NCBI GenBank assembly: GCA_903918315.1
Contig: CAIXEA010000029.1
Coordinates: 22,777 to 86,776, forward strand
Source: an uncultured Acetobacteraceae bacterium
GTDB lineage: Bacteria; Pseudomonadota; Alphaproteobacteria; Acetobacterales; Acetobacteraceae
Direction of reading: 5' to 3'
DNA: 64,000 nt
Shown: one piece after another, positions 7,066 through 20,675 of the stretch
Position numbering within the stretch: the stretch's first letter is position 1
Layout: each line of letters starts with the position of its first letter
Translations under genes and position numbers: made by a program
The notes under the pieces: model-generated
Seen by the model: only the letters and a program-made list of their open reading frames with translations
What the model was told of the DNA's origin: nothing
The model's database searches: none

Positions 7066-7923
7066 TCAATGAGAGAACAGCACCGGCACCGTCATCTCGG
7101 AAATCAACGTCCGGGTGACGCCGCCAAAGACCAGTTCCCGGGCCCGCGAGTGGCCGTAGGCCCCCGCGACGATCAGATCGACGCCCAGGTCAGCGGCGTA
7201 GGACAACAGCGCCTCGCCGTCCGAGATATCCCTTGCCACCGTATGCGCGGCCTCGGCCTTCACGCCATGGCGCGCCAGGTGCAGCGCGATGTCGGCCGCC
7301 GGCACCTCACCATGGACCCCAAGCCCGCGCGCCGGGTTGACCGCGAGAATGGTGACTTTCCTGGCGCGCTCCAGCAACGGCATCGCGTCGTTCACGGCCC
7401 GCGCCGCCTCGCGGCTGGCATTCCAGGCGACCAGTACATGTTCGCCCAGCGTCGCGCATTCACCGGCGAACGGCACCGCCAAAACCGGCCTTCCACTCGA
7501 CATCAGCGGCGTGACAACGGTCGCATGACGGCCCGCGTCGAGAGACTGGTCGTACGGATTGGGCTGCCCGACCACCACGATGTCACTGTAGCGCCCATGC
7601 AATGCCAGGGTCGCCGGTGTCGGCCCTTCCGTCAGACGCCATTCACCCTGGAGCTCCTGGCGGCGCACCGTGTCATGAAACGCCGCTTCGATCGCCGCGC
7701 ACTGCAAAACGGCATCACCGCGCATGCGCTCCAGCACCTGCTCCGGCCCCGCACCGGAGAATGCCATGCCCGCGCCATAGAAATATTCCGTATTCGGGAG
7801 ATCAATGACGCACAGGCCTATGAGATGAGCGCCATGCTGACGTGCGAGGGCGGCTGCGACAGCCAGGCGGGTGGTGCTGCGCGCGGTCGTGTCGAGGTGA
7901 ACCAATATGTCTTTTAGCGCCAT
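7066..7923 (-). CDS. Tandem-domain universal stress protein
   Basis: KDILVHLD, LVAWNASREAARA and GAYGHSRARELVFGGVT motifs. Confidence 0.93.
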   Translation of the reverse strand: MALKDILVHLDTTARSTTRLAVAAALARQHGAHLIGLCVIDLPNTEYFYGAGMAFSGAGPEQVLERMRGDAVLQCAAIEAAFHDTVRRQELQGEWRLTEGPTPATLALHGRYSDIVVVGQPNPYDQSLDAGRHATVVTPLMSSGRPVLAVPFAGECATLGEHVLVAWNASREAARAVNDAMPLLERARKVTILAVNPARGLGVHGEVPAADIALHLARHGVKAEAAHTVARDISDGEALLSYAADLGVDLIVAGAYGHSRARELVFGGVTRTLISEMTVPVLFSH

Positions 7924-7981
7924 CGATGGGGTCCTCCGTTACCGGTGTATTCCATGGTGGCGCAATCAGATCGCCTACGCC

Positions 7982-7995
7982 TTGATCTGGATCAT
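7982..7995. promoter_or_regulatory. FNR/FixK-type box TTGAT-N4-ATCAT upstream of the USP gene
   Basis: TTGATctggATCAT has one mismatch to TTGAT-N4-ATCAA; ~60-70 nt upstream of the USP start. Confidence 0.55.
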
Positions 7996-10268
7996 TTTGC
8001 CATCACCGGCGCTTCGCCTTCGACGCGTACTTTGTGCAAAGTCGCGATCAAGGTGCGCAATTCCCGGATGGAGAAGGGCTTGCGTAACAAGCCATCCAAC
8101 GGGCTGGTATCCGTATCGGAATGCGCCAATTCAGCGTAGCCGGTCACCAAGGCGATGGCCGCGGTCACGCCCTGCTCGCGCAGCGTCGTCGCGAGGTTAA
8201 GCCCCGTCATGCCCGGCATTGCATAATCCAGCAGGAAAAAATCCGGCTGCCGCGTCAAGGTCGGCAGAAGATCGAGTGCCTCCGCCCCGCCGGGCGCCTG
8301 AACGACCGTGCATCCCAGGTCTCGCAGCATCTCCATTGCGACAAGCCGCACCGCGGCGTCGTCGTCAACAACCATCACCAACAGCGACGTCATTTCCAGG
8401 CTCTCATTGGCCTGCTGGCGGACCGGCGCCTCGGTTTCCTCGTCGATCGTGGCACGGGGCAACAACAACGCCACGGCGGTCCCTTGCCCTTCGGCGCTTT
8501 CAAGCCGCACGGTTCCGCCGGACTGACGCGCCATGCCATGGCCATTATCAGCGATCATAACCCGGACATAGGCACCCGGCGCCGGATCGTCAGCGCTCGG
8601 CCCCGCTTCAAGGATTTCATTCGATGTTGTGATGGTCAGCTGTCCGCCATCCGGCATCGCATCGCGGGCGTTCAGACACAGGTTCAGGATCGCCGATTCC
8701 ACCTGGCTCGGGTCAATCATCGCCGGCCACAGATCGGGGGCCAGATCGGTGATGACCCGCACCCGGCGTCCCAATGTGCTGGTCGCCAGCGTGACGAGTT
8801 CGGCGACCAGCCGATTGAGGTCCGTCGGACGCGTGGTCAGCCGCTGGCGGCGGGAGAAGGCCAGCAATCGGGACGTGAGCTGCGCCCCACGCTGCACAGC
8901 CCCGGTCGCACGCTCGATCAGGCCGGTCAAACGCTCAAGGTCCGGCTGCTTCAAGGTAACCACGAGCTGCGACACCCGATGCTGCATCAGCTCGAGGTTA
9001 CCCAGCACGGTTGCCAGCATATTGTTGAAATCATGCGCGATGCCGCCGGCCAGCTGCCCCACCGCCTGCAGTTTCTGGGCTTGATGCAGCGCGGCTTCGG
9101 TTTTTTCGCGTTCGGCGACCTCAACCTGCAGCCGGTTGTTGATTTCCGACAGGGCGCGGGTGCGTTCGCCGACAAGGGATTCCAGAAGTTCGGCCTGTTA
9201 CCGGCGTTCCAGGTCGCGCGCATGGAGGCTGGACGCCATGGCATTGAAGGATTGCGCCAGCATGCCGAATTCCGAACCGCCCTCGGTCAGAGCGGCGCGC
9301 ACATTCAAATCGCCCTCCCGCCACCGCTGGGCGGTGCGTAGAAGCATTTCCGTGGGCACATAGATGAACCGGCGCCCAGCAAGCCAAGCCAGCATGAGCG
9401 CGATCATCGCGCAGCTTCCGGTAATCAAAAGGTCCCAGACGCTGCCATTGCCAAGATAGGCCATCGGATCCGGCGGAGACACAATCGCGATAGCGGTCAG
9501 CCCGGCTGCGCCCGGCGGGCCCGGTACATGCGCGGCCAGCCACGTCCCCCCCGACTGATCCGGCACCCGCTCAATGCCAGGCGTCGGCACAGTACGCAGC
9601 CTGCGCAGTGTTTCTGGTAACATTTGCAATGGCTTATCGACGATTGGCACCTGCCCGAAAACCGTACCGTCACGATCGGTGACGAACAGGAACGTATTGC
9701 CCACATGGGTATCCGGGGCAGGTGCTTCCTTCGCGATCTGGCGGGTGAAAGCCCCGAGGTCAAAGGCGACGACAAGAATATCGGACACAGAAGCGTTCCG
9801 GGTGATCCGCATCGATACCGGCAAAAACCGCCCTTCGAAACCGGGTATCGTGGTCACGGAACCCGTCGTCGGCAGGGCATCCACCGGCCGCTGGGGGAGC
9901 CAGGCCTGTGACTGCGGCCAGGCGGCGGCGATCGCCGGGGAAGCCGCACAAAGCAACCCACCCTCGGCGTTGGTGACCGCCAGAAATTTGGGGGAATCCA
10001 TGTCATCGCGCAGCGAGGCCAAAGCCCGCTCACACGCCGGGCCGGCTACGTGTAGGGCCGGCGAATGCCCGGCCACCGAGCCAATGCGTCGCGCGCCATC
10101 GATCAGGGACGTCAAGTCGGCGATTGCCTGATCTGCCGTATGCCGGGTGATGGCAACGAATTGCTGATACCGCTCCGCGTTCCGCTGCACTTCAGTGAAC
10201 AACTGCGCGGCCAGAATCGGCAGCATGCAGCCGAGGATCAACAAAAGAAGACGGGTGGAAAGCTTCAT
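7992..10268 (-). pseudogene. Hybrid sensor kinase (Cache-like/HAMP/HisKA/HATPase/REC) inactivated by an in-frame stop and an internal deletion
   Basis: ORFs 9198..10268 and 7992..9062 share a frame, joined by TAA (9198-9200) plus 45 sense codons; HATPase reads DNGHGM-ARQSGG with no F or G2 box. Confidence 0.9.
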
Positions 10269-10426
10269 CGCGTTGGTTTCTTATGTCCGCCCGGGCGTGA
10301 GAATGGCCTGACCACCCCAATGAGTTGTATCAGACTAACCTATAACAACGCCGATGGAAATTTATCGCTTGTTTTGGGCCTCCCTTCAATAAACCCGCAA
10401 ATCCCGCTGCCTGGCCGTGTCCGGCA

Positions 10427-10675
10427 TCAGACAGGCTCCAACGCTTCCACATTCCTCGCGGTCGCGAAGGTAATCCGGGTGCCGTCAGCCAGAGCGACGG
10501 TATGCGCCGACCGCACCGGCGAGCCCGTGGCGCTGTGAACGCTGGATGTTCCAGCGGCCGGGCGGAGCAGGCCTTCCAGGTCAATCTGCGGGATATTGGC
10601 CCCGGACGCGATGCTGACACGGGCCGTCCGGGTCCCGTTCAGACGTGAATCGGATGATGGTTTTGTCGCCTGCAT
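10427..10675 (-). CDS. Hypothetical 82-aa protein
   Basis: AAAGGG RBS 7 nt before the ATG at 10675; preceded by a CtrA-type promoter shared with the DUF2336 gene. Confidence 0.5.
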   Translation of the reverse strand: MQATKPSSDSRLNGTRTARVSIASGANIPQIDLEGLLRPAAGTSSVHSATGSPVRSAHTVALADGTRITFATARNVEALEPV

Positions 10676-10723
10676 GGTCGCTGCCCTTTGCCACGGCGCG
10701 GGATGCGCCGCCCGATGCCGGTC

Positions 10724-10756
10724 AGTATCGCGCCAAATAGTGAATAAAACGTTAAC
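10724..10756 (-). promoter_or_regulatory. CtrA-type promoter motif GTTAAC-N6-TTCACT...GCGCGA
   Basis: Minus strand GTTAACGTTTTATTCACTATTTGGCGCGATACT; 25/33 identical to 29438-29470. Confidence 0.55.
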
Positions 10757-10783
10757 AGGGCGGGGCAAAAGCGGCCTCGACGA

Positions 10784-11107
10784 TCACGGGGACGTGAGCG
10801 GAACCCGAATCATAATACCGGGAATATAGGAAGGCCGCCGCTCATCGGCGGCCTGATGGTGCGAACCAGGGGCGAAACCCTGGCTTGGATCAGGATGCTC
10901 CGACCGGTAAAAGCGGAGATCCACCTTCGAACGCGCATCACTGTCAGCACCGGGCGCGCCGTTCGTTTCATAGGTGGGAACCGGTGCGGCATCATTCAAA
11001 GGCGGATGGGCCGGTGGAATGGGTGGAATGGGCAAGGATGGCTGCGCCGTCGCAACGACCGCCCACAAGGCCCCAAGCAGCGGCCATGGGCGTCGTCGCC
11101 GGGTCAT
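10784..11107 (-). CDS. Hypothetical secreted proline-rich protein
   Basis: ATGA overlap with the Nudix stop; signal-like MTRRRRPWPLLGALWAVVATA followed by a Pro-rich tract. Confidence 0.65.
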   Translation of the reverse strand: MTRRRRPWPLLGALWAVVATAQPSLPIPPIPPAHPPLNDAAPVPTYETNGAPGADSDARSKVDLRFYRSEHPDPSQGFAPGSHHQAADERRPSYIPGIMIRVPLTSP

Positions 11108-11658
11108 GTGGCGGTCCCGCCAAGGCGGTGGACACCGCGGCGATCTCCCTCCGGATTGCCGGCGGGATGGCCCAGAACACCCGCCGCGCGCTCGCGCCAG
11201 GCATTGAGCGCCCAATGCACCGTCGGGAATGCGATCTCATCCCAGGGGATCTGGTCCCATTCAAACAGCGCGGTTTCGAGACTTTCCTCCCCGGCCGCAT
11301 GATGCGGCGCGTCGGGGTCCGCGAACCGTGCGCGAAAAATCACCTGAACCTGGCCGATACGGGCCACGCTGAAGACACCCAGGATGCCGTCTATCGCAAT
11401 CGCGGCCTCGGCTTCTTCCATGGCCTCACGCGCCGCCCCTTCCTCAAGGGTTTCGCCGAGTTCCATATAACCCGCGGGCAAAGTCCAGAAGCCACGACGC
11501 GGTTCGATGGCGCGGCGGCAAAGCAGGACGGACGAGCCCGACACAACCACCGCACCGACAACCACTTTAGGGTTCTGATAATCGATATGCCCGCAGGAGG
11601 CACAGACATCGCGTTCACGATTATCGCCGTCCGGAACCTGGCGGATGAAACTGGACAT
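11104..11658 (-). CDS. Nudix hydrolase with N-terminal zinc-ribbon remnant
   Basis: CASCGHIDYQNPK; Nudix box GYMELGETLEEGAAREAMEEA. Confidence 0.92.
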   Translation of the reverse strand: MSSFIRQVPDGDNRERDVCASCGHIDYQNPKVVVGAVVVSGSSVLLCRRAIEPRRGFWTLPAGYMELGETLEEGAAREAMEEAEAAIAIDGILGVFSVARIGQVQVIFRARFADPDAPHHAAGEESLETALFEWDQIPWDEIAFPTVHWALNAWRERAAGVLGHPAGNPEGDRRGVHRLGGTAT

Positions 11659-11728
11659 AGAACTAACGTGATCGCTCCAACGGCTCGGATCAAGCCCCCC
11701 GCTTCAGGTAACTACAGATAGCTTTGTC

Positions 11729-14700
11729 TCAGACCTGGTCATTGCGCAGCAGGTCGCGCAAAGCGGCAGCCGCGCGCTGGAATTCGGCCTCGGTCTCCGC
11801 GAAGGCGCCTTCCAGCCCTTTCGGATCCCCACCGGCAACCGCCAGCATGATGGTTCGCAGCCGCGCCTCGAGGGCCGCCATGGCATAGCAGCCGGCAACC
11901 CCTGCCATGGTGTGCGCCTGGGTGGAGATTTCCCGGGTCAGGCCAGATTCCAGTGCCCGCCGGAACGGCGGCAGCATCTCCTCAAGATCGACCAGACACG
12001 ATTCGATCAGCACTTCCAACGTTTCAGCCGGGATATTCGCCCGCAGCTCTTCAAGTCGGTCCATGGCCAGGATCGGCATTTGTTCTTCCTCCATCACATC
12101 CTGCCGGCCATGGTTCAGGTCATCTGGTTGCTCGGGCGCCGGCAGGAACCGATCAGGCGAAGCGCCCGCCGGATGGCCCGACCACACATGCCGGCCGAGT
12201 GCCAGCAGCAAGTCCAACAAAGCGACCGGTTTGCCGAGCACGCCATTCATGCCGGCCGCGGCGAAGGCGGCCTCATCCTCTGGACCGTTGTTGCCGGTTA
12301 GCGCCACGATTGGAATCCGCCGCCCCGGTCCCATGGATGCGCGCAGCCTCTGCGTCGCTTCAATCCCGCCCATGCCCGGCATGAAGATATCCATAAACAC
12401 GATATCATAGGGCGTTTGGTTCACCGCACGGATCGCGGCCTCCCCTGTCTCCGCGAGATCGACGAGATGCCCGCATCGGCGCAGCAAGGTCGCGGTGATA
12501 ATCCGGTTAGCGGGCACGTCTTCCACCAGCAGCACACGTGTCCGGGGCAGCGGCCGGCGCGCCATCGCCGCGGTCAGCGAGAGCGCCTCGGGGATGACGG
12601 GCAGCGACGGCACCGATACACCCGTCGCCTGCGACGCGACCAGAATGGACGCCGGCAGCGTAAGCCAGAACGAATTGCCGGCCGGCCCCAGGGTATCGCC
12701 ATCGTCGGCATGCCAGACGTCGCACCCGATGTCGCCACCCATCAGGGTTACGATATGATGGCATATCGACAGCCCCAGGCCGGTGCCGGCGGATGCGGCG
12801 GTATCGGGGCGATCAATGCGGGCGAAGGGCCGGAACAGCCGGGCACGGTCATCGGGTTGAATGACCGGTCCCTGATCCCGAACCATGATGCGCAATCCAG
12901 CAGCATGACCGGCGGACGCTGGTGGTTCCCGCTGAACCACGACCCAGACCGCACCAGGACGGGCGAATTTAACCGCATTGGATAACAGATTGAGCAAAAC
13001 CTGACGCAGGCGTCCCGCATCCGCGAAGAGCTGTGCCGGCACATCCGCGCTCACGTCCAACCGAAGTTCGAGGTCGCGTGCACCAGCCTGACCACCGAAC
13101 ATTTCCAGCGCCCCTTCCAGGAGCGGCCGGAGCTCAAACGCGCTGTCGCGTAAGGTCAGTTGCCCGGCCTCGAAGCGCGACATTTCCAGGATATCATTGA
13201 TCAGGCCCGCCAGTGCCTCCCCCGACTGGGCCGCCAAGGCGACCAATGTCCGCTGGGACTGCCCGAGTTCCCCATCCTCCAGCAATCGGATGGTATTGAG
13301 CAATGCATTCAAGGGGGTTCGTATTTCGTGACTGACAATAGCGACGAAGCGCGACTTCGCCTCATTCGCAGCCTCCGCCATCGCCCTGGCTTCATGCAGC
13401 GCGTCCTCGGCCATACGGCGTTCGGTTACGTCAGCGTAGAGGGTCACCGTCCCACCATCAGGCAGACGATTGCGCCGCAACTCCAGCACGCGTCCAACGG
13501 GCTTCGTTCGCTGTATAGTCCCGACGCGCCCGGAGCGCAGGATGGCCATGCGGCGGGCAACCTCGGCTTCGGGATCGACGATCCCGAACTCGCCGGCTTC
13601 GATCTGCGCGCGTAAAATGTCCTCCATGGACATGCCGATCTGCAGAAGCTCAGAGGGGATGCCGGCGAGTTCAGAAAAGCGGGCGTTCCATTCCATGAGG
13701 TGGAACTCCGAATCCATCATCGCGATGCCGTCGGTCATTCCGGCCAGCGTTGCCTCAAGCTGTTCGGTTTTGGCGAAGGAATAGGCCTTGGCGGCCTCCA
13801 ACTCGGCATTTGCGGCCGCGAGAAGCCCCCGTTCCTCCGCCAGAGCCAGCCCGCGCATGCGCCCCTGACGCAGGACAATCAGCAACACGCTCCCGGTGAT
13901 GCACAACAGAGCCGTGATAGACGCCGCGAAGATCGTCGCATCATGGTTCCAAAGCGCCGCCGGAAGCATGGCTTCGTCTTCATCGAGGGCGACGATGACC
14001 GCGAGATCGCGGCCAGGAACGCGGCGAAATCCATGGACCCGGCGCACGGCATCCGTGCCAGACGGGCCCAGCCAGAGGCCGTTGGAATCGGCCTCCATCG
14101 CCTTCATCATGGGGGTATCGGCCAGAGGCAAATTGGGCTCGACCGTATTTTGCCCGAAGCCGGCACGCAGACGGCCGTCTTCGGTGCCGACCAACATCAC
14201 CACGCCGTTCGTTCCGATATTGGCCTCGTAGAAGATGTCCAGAATAGCGGAGACGCGGTAATCCGCGGCGATCGCGCCTGAGAACGTACCGTCCGGCGCC
14301 TTCAGGGGCCGGGCGACATTGAGATGCCATTGCCGCATCACGGGATCAATTGCCGCGACACCGATGAACGGCATTGGATGGCTGGGGACATCCAATTCAA
14401 CGGCGAACTGGCGAACGTAGTTGAAAAAATCCCGGTCGGCGGCATTCGTGCCCACCGTTTCAGGCACAGAAGACTGCCGAATGATCCCGCGTTGATCCAA
14501 CAACAGCATATCGCGGCTGATCCCCGTGAGGACCAATGACGCCGCCCGCCGTGCCTCCAGATTGAAATGTGCGGGGTCTGCCTCCCAGGCCCGAGTCATG
14601 TCCTGAAGGGTTTGATCGATCGCCAAAATCTGGCGATTGATCTGTAACGCGAAGGCCGATGCCTGGCTGGTGACCGAGGACGTGATACGGGCCGAGGTCT

Positions 14701-14812
14701 GATCCCGCTGGGCGGTGATGGCGCTATTGGTACCGAACCATGTCAGCGCGATCAGGGCCGCCACGGCCACCACGATGGTAACCCCGCCCAGGATATATTG
14801 ATCGAGCCTCAT
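11729..14812 (-). CDS. Unorthodox hybrid sensor kinase (TM-Cache-TM-PAS-HisKA-HATPase-REC-Hpt)
   Basis: SHEIRTPLN H-box, NLLSNAVKF, GTGLGL, REC FMDIFMP, C-terminal Hpt AHTMAG; start could be 14812 or 14887. Confidence 0.92.
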   Translation of the reverse strand: MRLDQYILGGVTIVVAVAALIALTWFGTNSAITAQRDQTSARITSSVTSQASAFALQINRQILAIDQTLQDMTRAWEADPAHFNLEARRAASLVLTGISRDMLLLDQRGIIRQSSVPETVGTNAADRDFFNYVRQFAVELDVPSHPMPFIGVAAIDPVMRQWHLNVARPLKAPDGTFSGAIAADYRVSAILDIFYEANIGTNGVVMLVGTEDGRLRAGFGQNTVEPNLPLADTPMMKAMEADSNGLWLGPSGTDAVRRVHGFRRVPGRDLAVIVALDEDEAMLPAALWNHDATIFAASITALLCITGSVLLIVLRQGRMRGLALAEERGLLAAANAELEAAKAYSFAKTEQLEATLAGMTDGIAMMDSEFHLMEWNARFSELAGIPSELLQIGMSMEDILRAQIEAGEFGIVDPEAEVARRMAILRSGRVGTIQRTKPVGRVLELRRNRLPDGGTVTLYADVTERRMAEDALHEARAMAEAANEAKSRFVAIVSHEIRTPLNALLNTIRLLEDGELGQSQRTLVALAAQSGEALAGLINDILEMSRFEAGQLTLRDSAFELRPLLEGALEMFGGQAGARDLELRLDVSADVPAQLFADAGRLRQVLLNLLSNAVKFARPGAVWVVVQREPPASAGHAAGLRIMVRDQGPVIQPDDRARLFRPFARIDRPDTAASAGTGLGLSICHHIVTLMGGDIGCDVWHADDGDTLGPAGNSFWLTLPASILVASQATGVSVPSLPVIPEALSLTAAMARRPLPRTRVLLVEDVPANRIITATLLRRCGHLVDLAETGEAAIRAVNQTPYDIVFMDIFMPGMGGIEATQRLRASMGPGRRIPIVALTGNNGPEDEAAFAAAGMNGVLGKPVALLDLLLALGRHVWSGHPAGASPDRFLPAPEQPDDLNHGRQDVMEEEQMPILAMDRLEELRANIPAETLEVLIESCLVDLEEMLPPFRRALESGLTREISTQAHTMAGVAGCYAMAALEARLRTIMLAVAGGDPKGLEGAFAETEAEFQRAAAALRDLLRNDQV

Positions 14813-15009
14813 GGTCCGAGTGGGGTTCACGGTCGGCTGCGTTCCAGTTCCAGGCGAAGGATCATTTGTTCGGTTGTTCCGGCGCATAGCCGGTTTGGAA
14901 CGGTTTACGCAACCTCCAACGACACGAGATCACCAGGGTGTCAGGGCCGGTTTCCGTACGCCGGAACGACCCGCCCTGGTTGCCCAGAGCGGGGTTCCCA
15001 AAACGCGCC

Positions 15010-18571
<3,562 letters not shown>

Positions 18572-18754
18572 GGGCACATCCCCGGTGTCGTCCAATTGGG
18601 TGTCACCCGATTGTACGGGCCCCGCGTCCCTTGTCGAACCCTTTCCGAAGCCAAGGCCAGAATTTGGAATAACGCGCGTCCCGCTGCGTCCATCTATATA
18701 CTAGACAGCTGATCGCAGCCGCGATGCCCAATCAATGGCAGGAGGATCATAATA

Positions 18755-19627
18755 ATGAATGATATCAACGAATACCAAGGCTTGCGGGACTACCCGCTGG
18801 CGCGCCGCGGGTTCATGATGACCAGCCTGATCAGTGGATTCACCCTGGCGACCGAGCGCGCCGAGGCCCAGGCCCTCCAGACCGATACGACTGGAATCGA
18901 GGCCGGTGAGGCCCAGATCCCCGTGCCCGGCGGCTCCCTGCCCGGCTATTTCGCCCGCCCGGCGAAGGGGACCAAATTCCCCGTGATCATCGTCAATGAA
19001 GAGATTTTCGGCGTCCACGAATACATTAAGGACGTCTGCCGCCGCCTCGCTAAAGCCGGCTATCTGGCGGTCGCGACCGAGTACTACGCTCGCATCGGCG
19101 ATCTGTCGAAAATGAGCGACGTCAAGCAGATCATCGCCGACGTCATCTCAAAGGAGCCGGACGCACAATACATGGACGATGCCGAGGCGACCGTCGCCTG
19201 GGCCGCTGTCAATAAGGGCGACACCAACCGCCTCGGCGTGACCGGCTTCTGCCGCGGCGGGCGCATGTCGTGGCTGTTCGCCGCCCATAGTCCCAAGGTG
19301 AAAGCCGCCGTGGCCTGGTATGGCCCGGTCGGTGGCCAGCCCAGCCCCATCCAGCCGGCTACCGCAACCGACTACGCCGATCGGCTGCGCTGCCCGCTGT
19401 TAGGGCTTTATGGTGGGCAGGATCAGGGCATTCCGGTAGACGCTGTGAAAGCGGCGCAAGCCAAGGCGAAAGCGGCGCACAAGCAGGTCGAGATCGTGAT
19501 CTACCCCGATGCCCCGCACGGTTTCCATGCCGACTACCGCCCCAGCTACCGCAAGGACGCAGCCGAAGACGGCTGGAAGCGCATGCTGGCCTTTTTCAAG
19601 CAGAACGGGGTCGCCCCCAACGCCTGA
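18755..19627 (+). CDS. Dienelactone hydrolase family protein with twin-arginine-like leader
   Basis: EIFG, GFCRGG nucleophile, GGQD and HGFHADYRPSY motifs; ARRGFM near the N-terminus. Confidence 0.93.
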   Translation: MNDINEYQGLRDYPLARRGFMMTSLISGFTLATERAEAQALQTDTTGIEAGEAQIPVPGGSLPGYFARPAKGTKFPVIIVNEEIFGVHEYIKDVCRRLAKAGYLAVATEYYARIGDLSKMSDVKQIIADVISKEPDAQYMDDAEATVAWAAVNKGDTNRLGVTGFCRGGRMSWLFAAHSPKVKAAVAWYGPVGGQPSPIQPATATDYADRLRCPLLGLYGGQDQGIPVDAVKAAQAKAKAAHKQVEIVIYPDAPHGFHADYRPSYRKDAAEDGWKRMLAFFKQNGVAPNA

Positions 19628-19636
19628 AACCGGCGA

Positions 19637-19670
19637 TCTGGCCCGGGGATCCCAGCCTCCCCGGGCCAGA
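19637..19670 (+). terminator. Perfect 13-bp hairpin without U-tract
   Basis: TCTGGCCCGGGGA-8 nt-TCCCCGGGCCAGA between the hydrolase gene and livH. Confidence 0.5.
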
Positions 19671-19760
19671 CCATTCGGTGATCCGCGCCCCGCCGACAAT
19701 GCCTTGCGCAACCGCCCCCGGCCGTGTTTGCTCGTGACCCTGGGATAAGGAGTCGCGGCC

Positions 19761-20675
19761 CTGGCCTATGCGCTGCAACAGCTGATCAACGGCGTCACTT
19801 TGGGCATGATCTACGGCCTGATCGCGGTGGGTTACACCATGGTCTATGGCATCATCGGCATGATCAACTTCGCCCATGGTGACATTTTCATGGTGGGCGC
19901 CTTCCTGTCGCTGATCGCGCTCCTGGCCCTTGCCGGACTGGGCATCACCTCCATCCCCATCGCACTCGCGCTGACACTGCTGTTCGCCGCTGGTCTCGCC
20001 GCGCTGTATGGCTGGACGGTGGAGCGGGTGGCCTATCGCCCCTTGCGGGGGTCCTTTCGCCTCGCCCCGCTGATCAGCGCCATCGGCATGTCCATCGTGC
20101 TGCAGAATTTCGTCCAGGTCAGCCAGGGCGCGCGCGTGAAGCCGATGACCGCCCTCATCCCTGGCGGGTGGGAGTTGATGAACCAGGACGGGTTCACCGT
20201 GCAGCTCTCCTGGATGCAGATCGCCATCGTCGCCACCACGCTGATCGTGCTCACGATCTTCACCTGGCTGGTCACCAAAACCCCACTCGGGCGCACCATG
20301 CGCGCCTGCGAGCAGGACCTGAAAATGGCCGGCCTGCTCGGCATCGACACGGATCGCACGATCAGCCTCACCTTCGTCATCGGCGCCGCCCTGGCCGCCG
20401 TCGCGGGGCTGCTGTTTCTGCTCTATTACGGGGTCATCGACTTCTTCATCGGCTTCCTTGCCGGCGTCAAAGCCTTCACCGCCGCCGTGCTCGGCGGCAT
20501 TGGCAGCCTGCCGGGCGCGGTATTGGGCGGGCTGCTGATTGGCCTGATCGAAGTCTTCTGGTCCGCGTATTTCAGCGTCGAATACAAAGACGTCGCCGCC
20601 TTCGCGATCCTGATCCTGGTGCTGATTTTCCGTCCCACCGGAATCCTCGGCCGCGCGGAGGTTGAGAAGGTATGA
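19761..20675 (+). CDS. livH: Branched-chain amino acid ABC permease LivH (probable CTG start)
   Basis: xAYALQQLINGVTLG...GIIGMINFAHG; TAAGGAG RBS 8 nt before the CTG at 19761. Confidence 0.93.
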   Translation: MAYALQQLINGVTLGMIYGLIAVGYTMVYGIIGMINFAHGDIFMVGAFLSLIALLALAGLGITSIPIALALTLLFAAGLAALYGWTVERVAYRPLRGSFRLAPLISAIGMSIVLQNFVQVSQGARVKPMTALIPGGWELMNQDGFTVQLSWMQIAIVATTLIVLTIFTWLVTKTPLGRTMRACEQDLKMAGLLGIDTDRTISLTFVIGAALAAVAGLLFLLYYGVIDFFIGFLAGVKAFTAAVLGGIGSLPGAVLGGLLIGLIEVFWSAYFSVEYKDVAAFAILILVLIFRPTGILGRAEVEKV

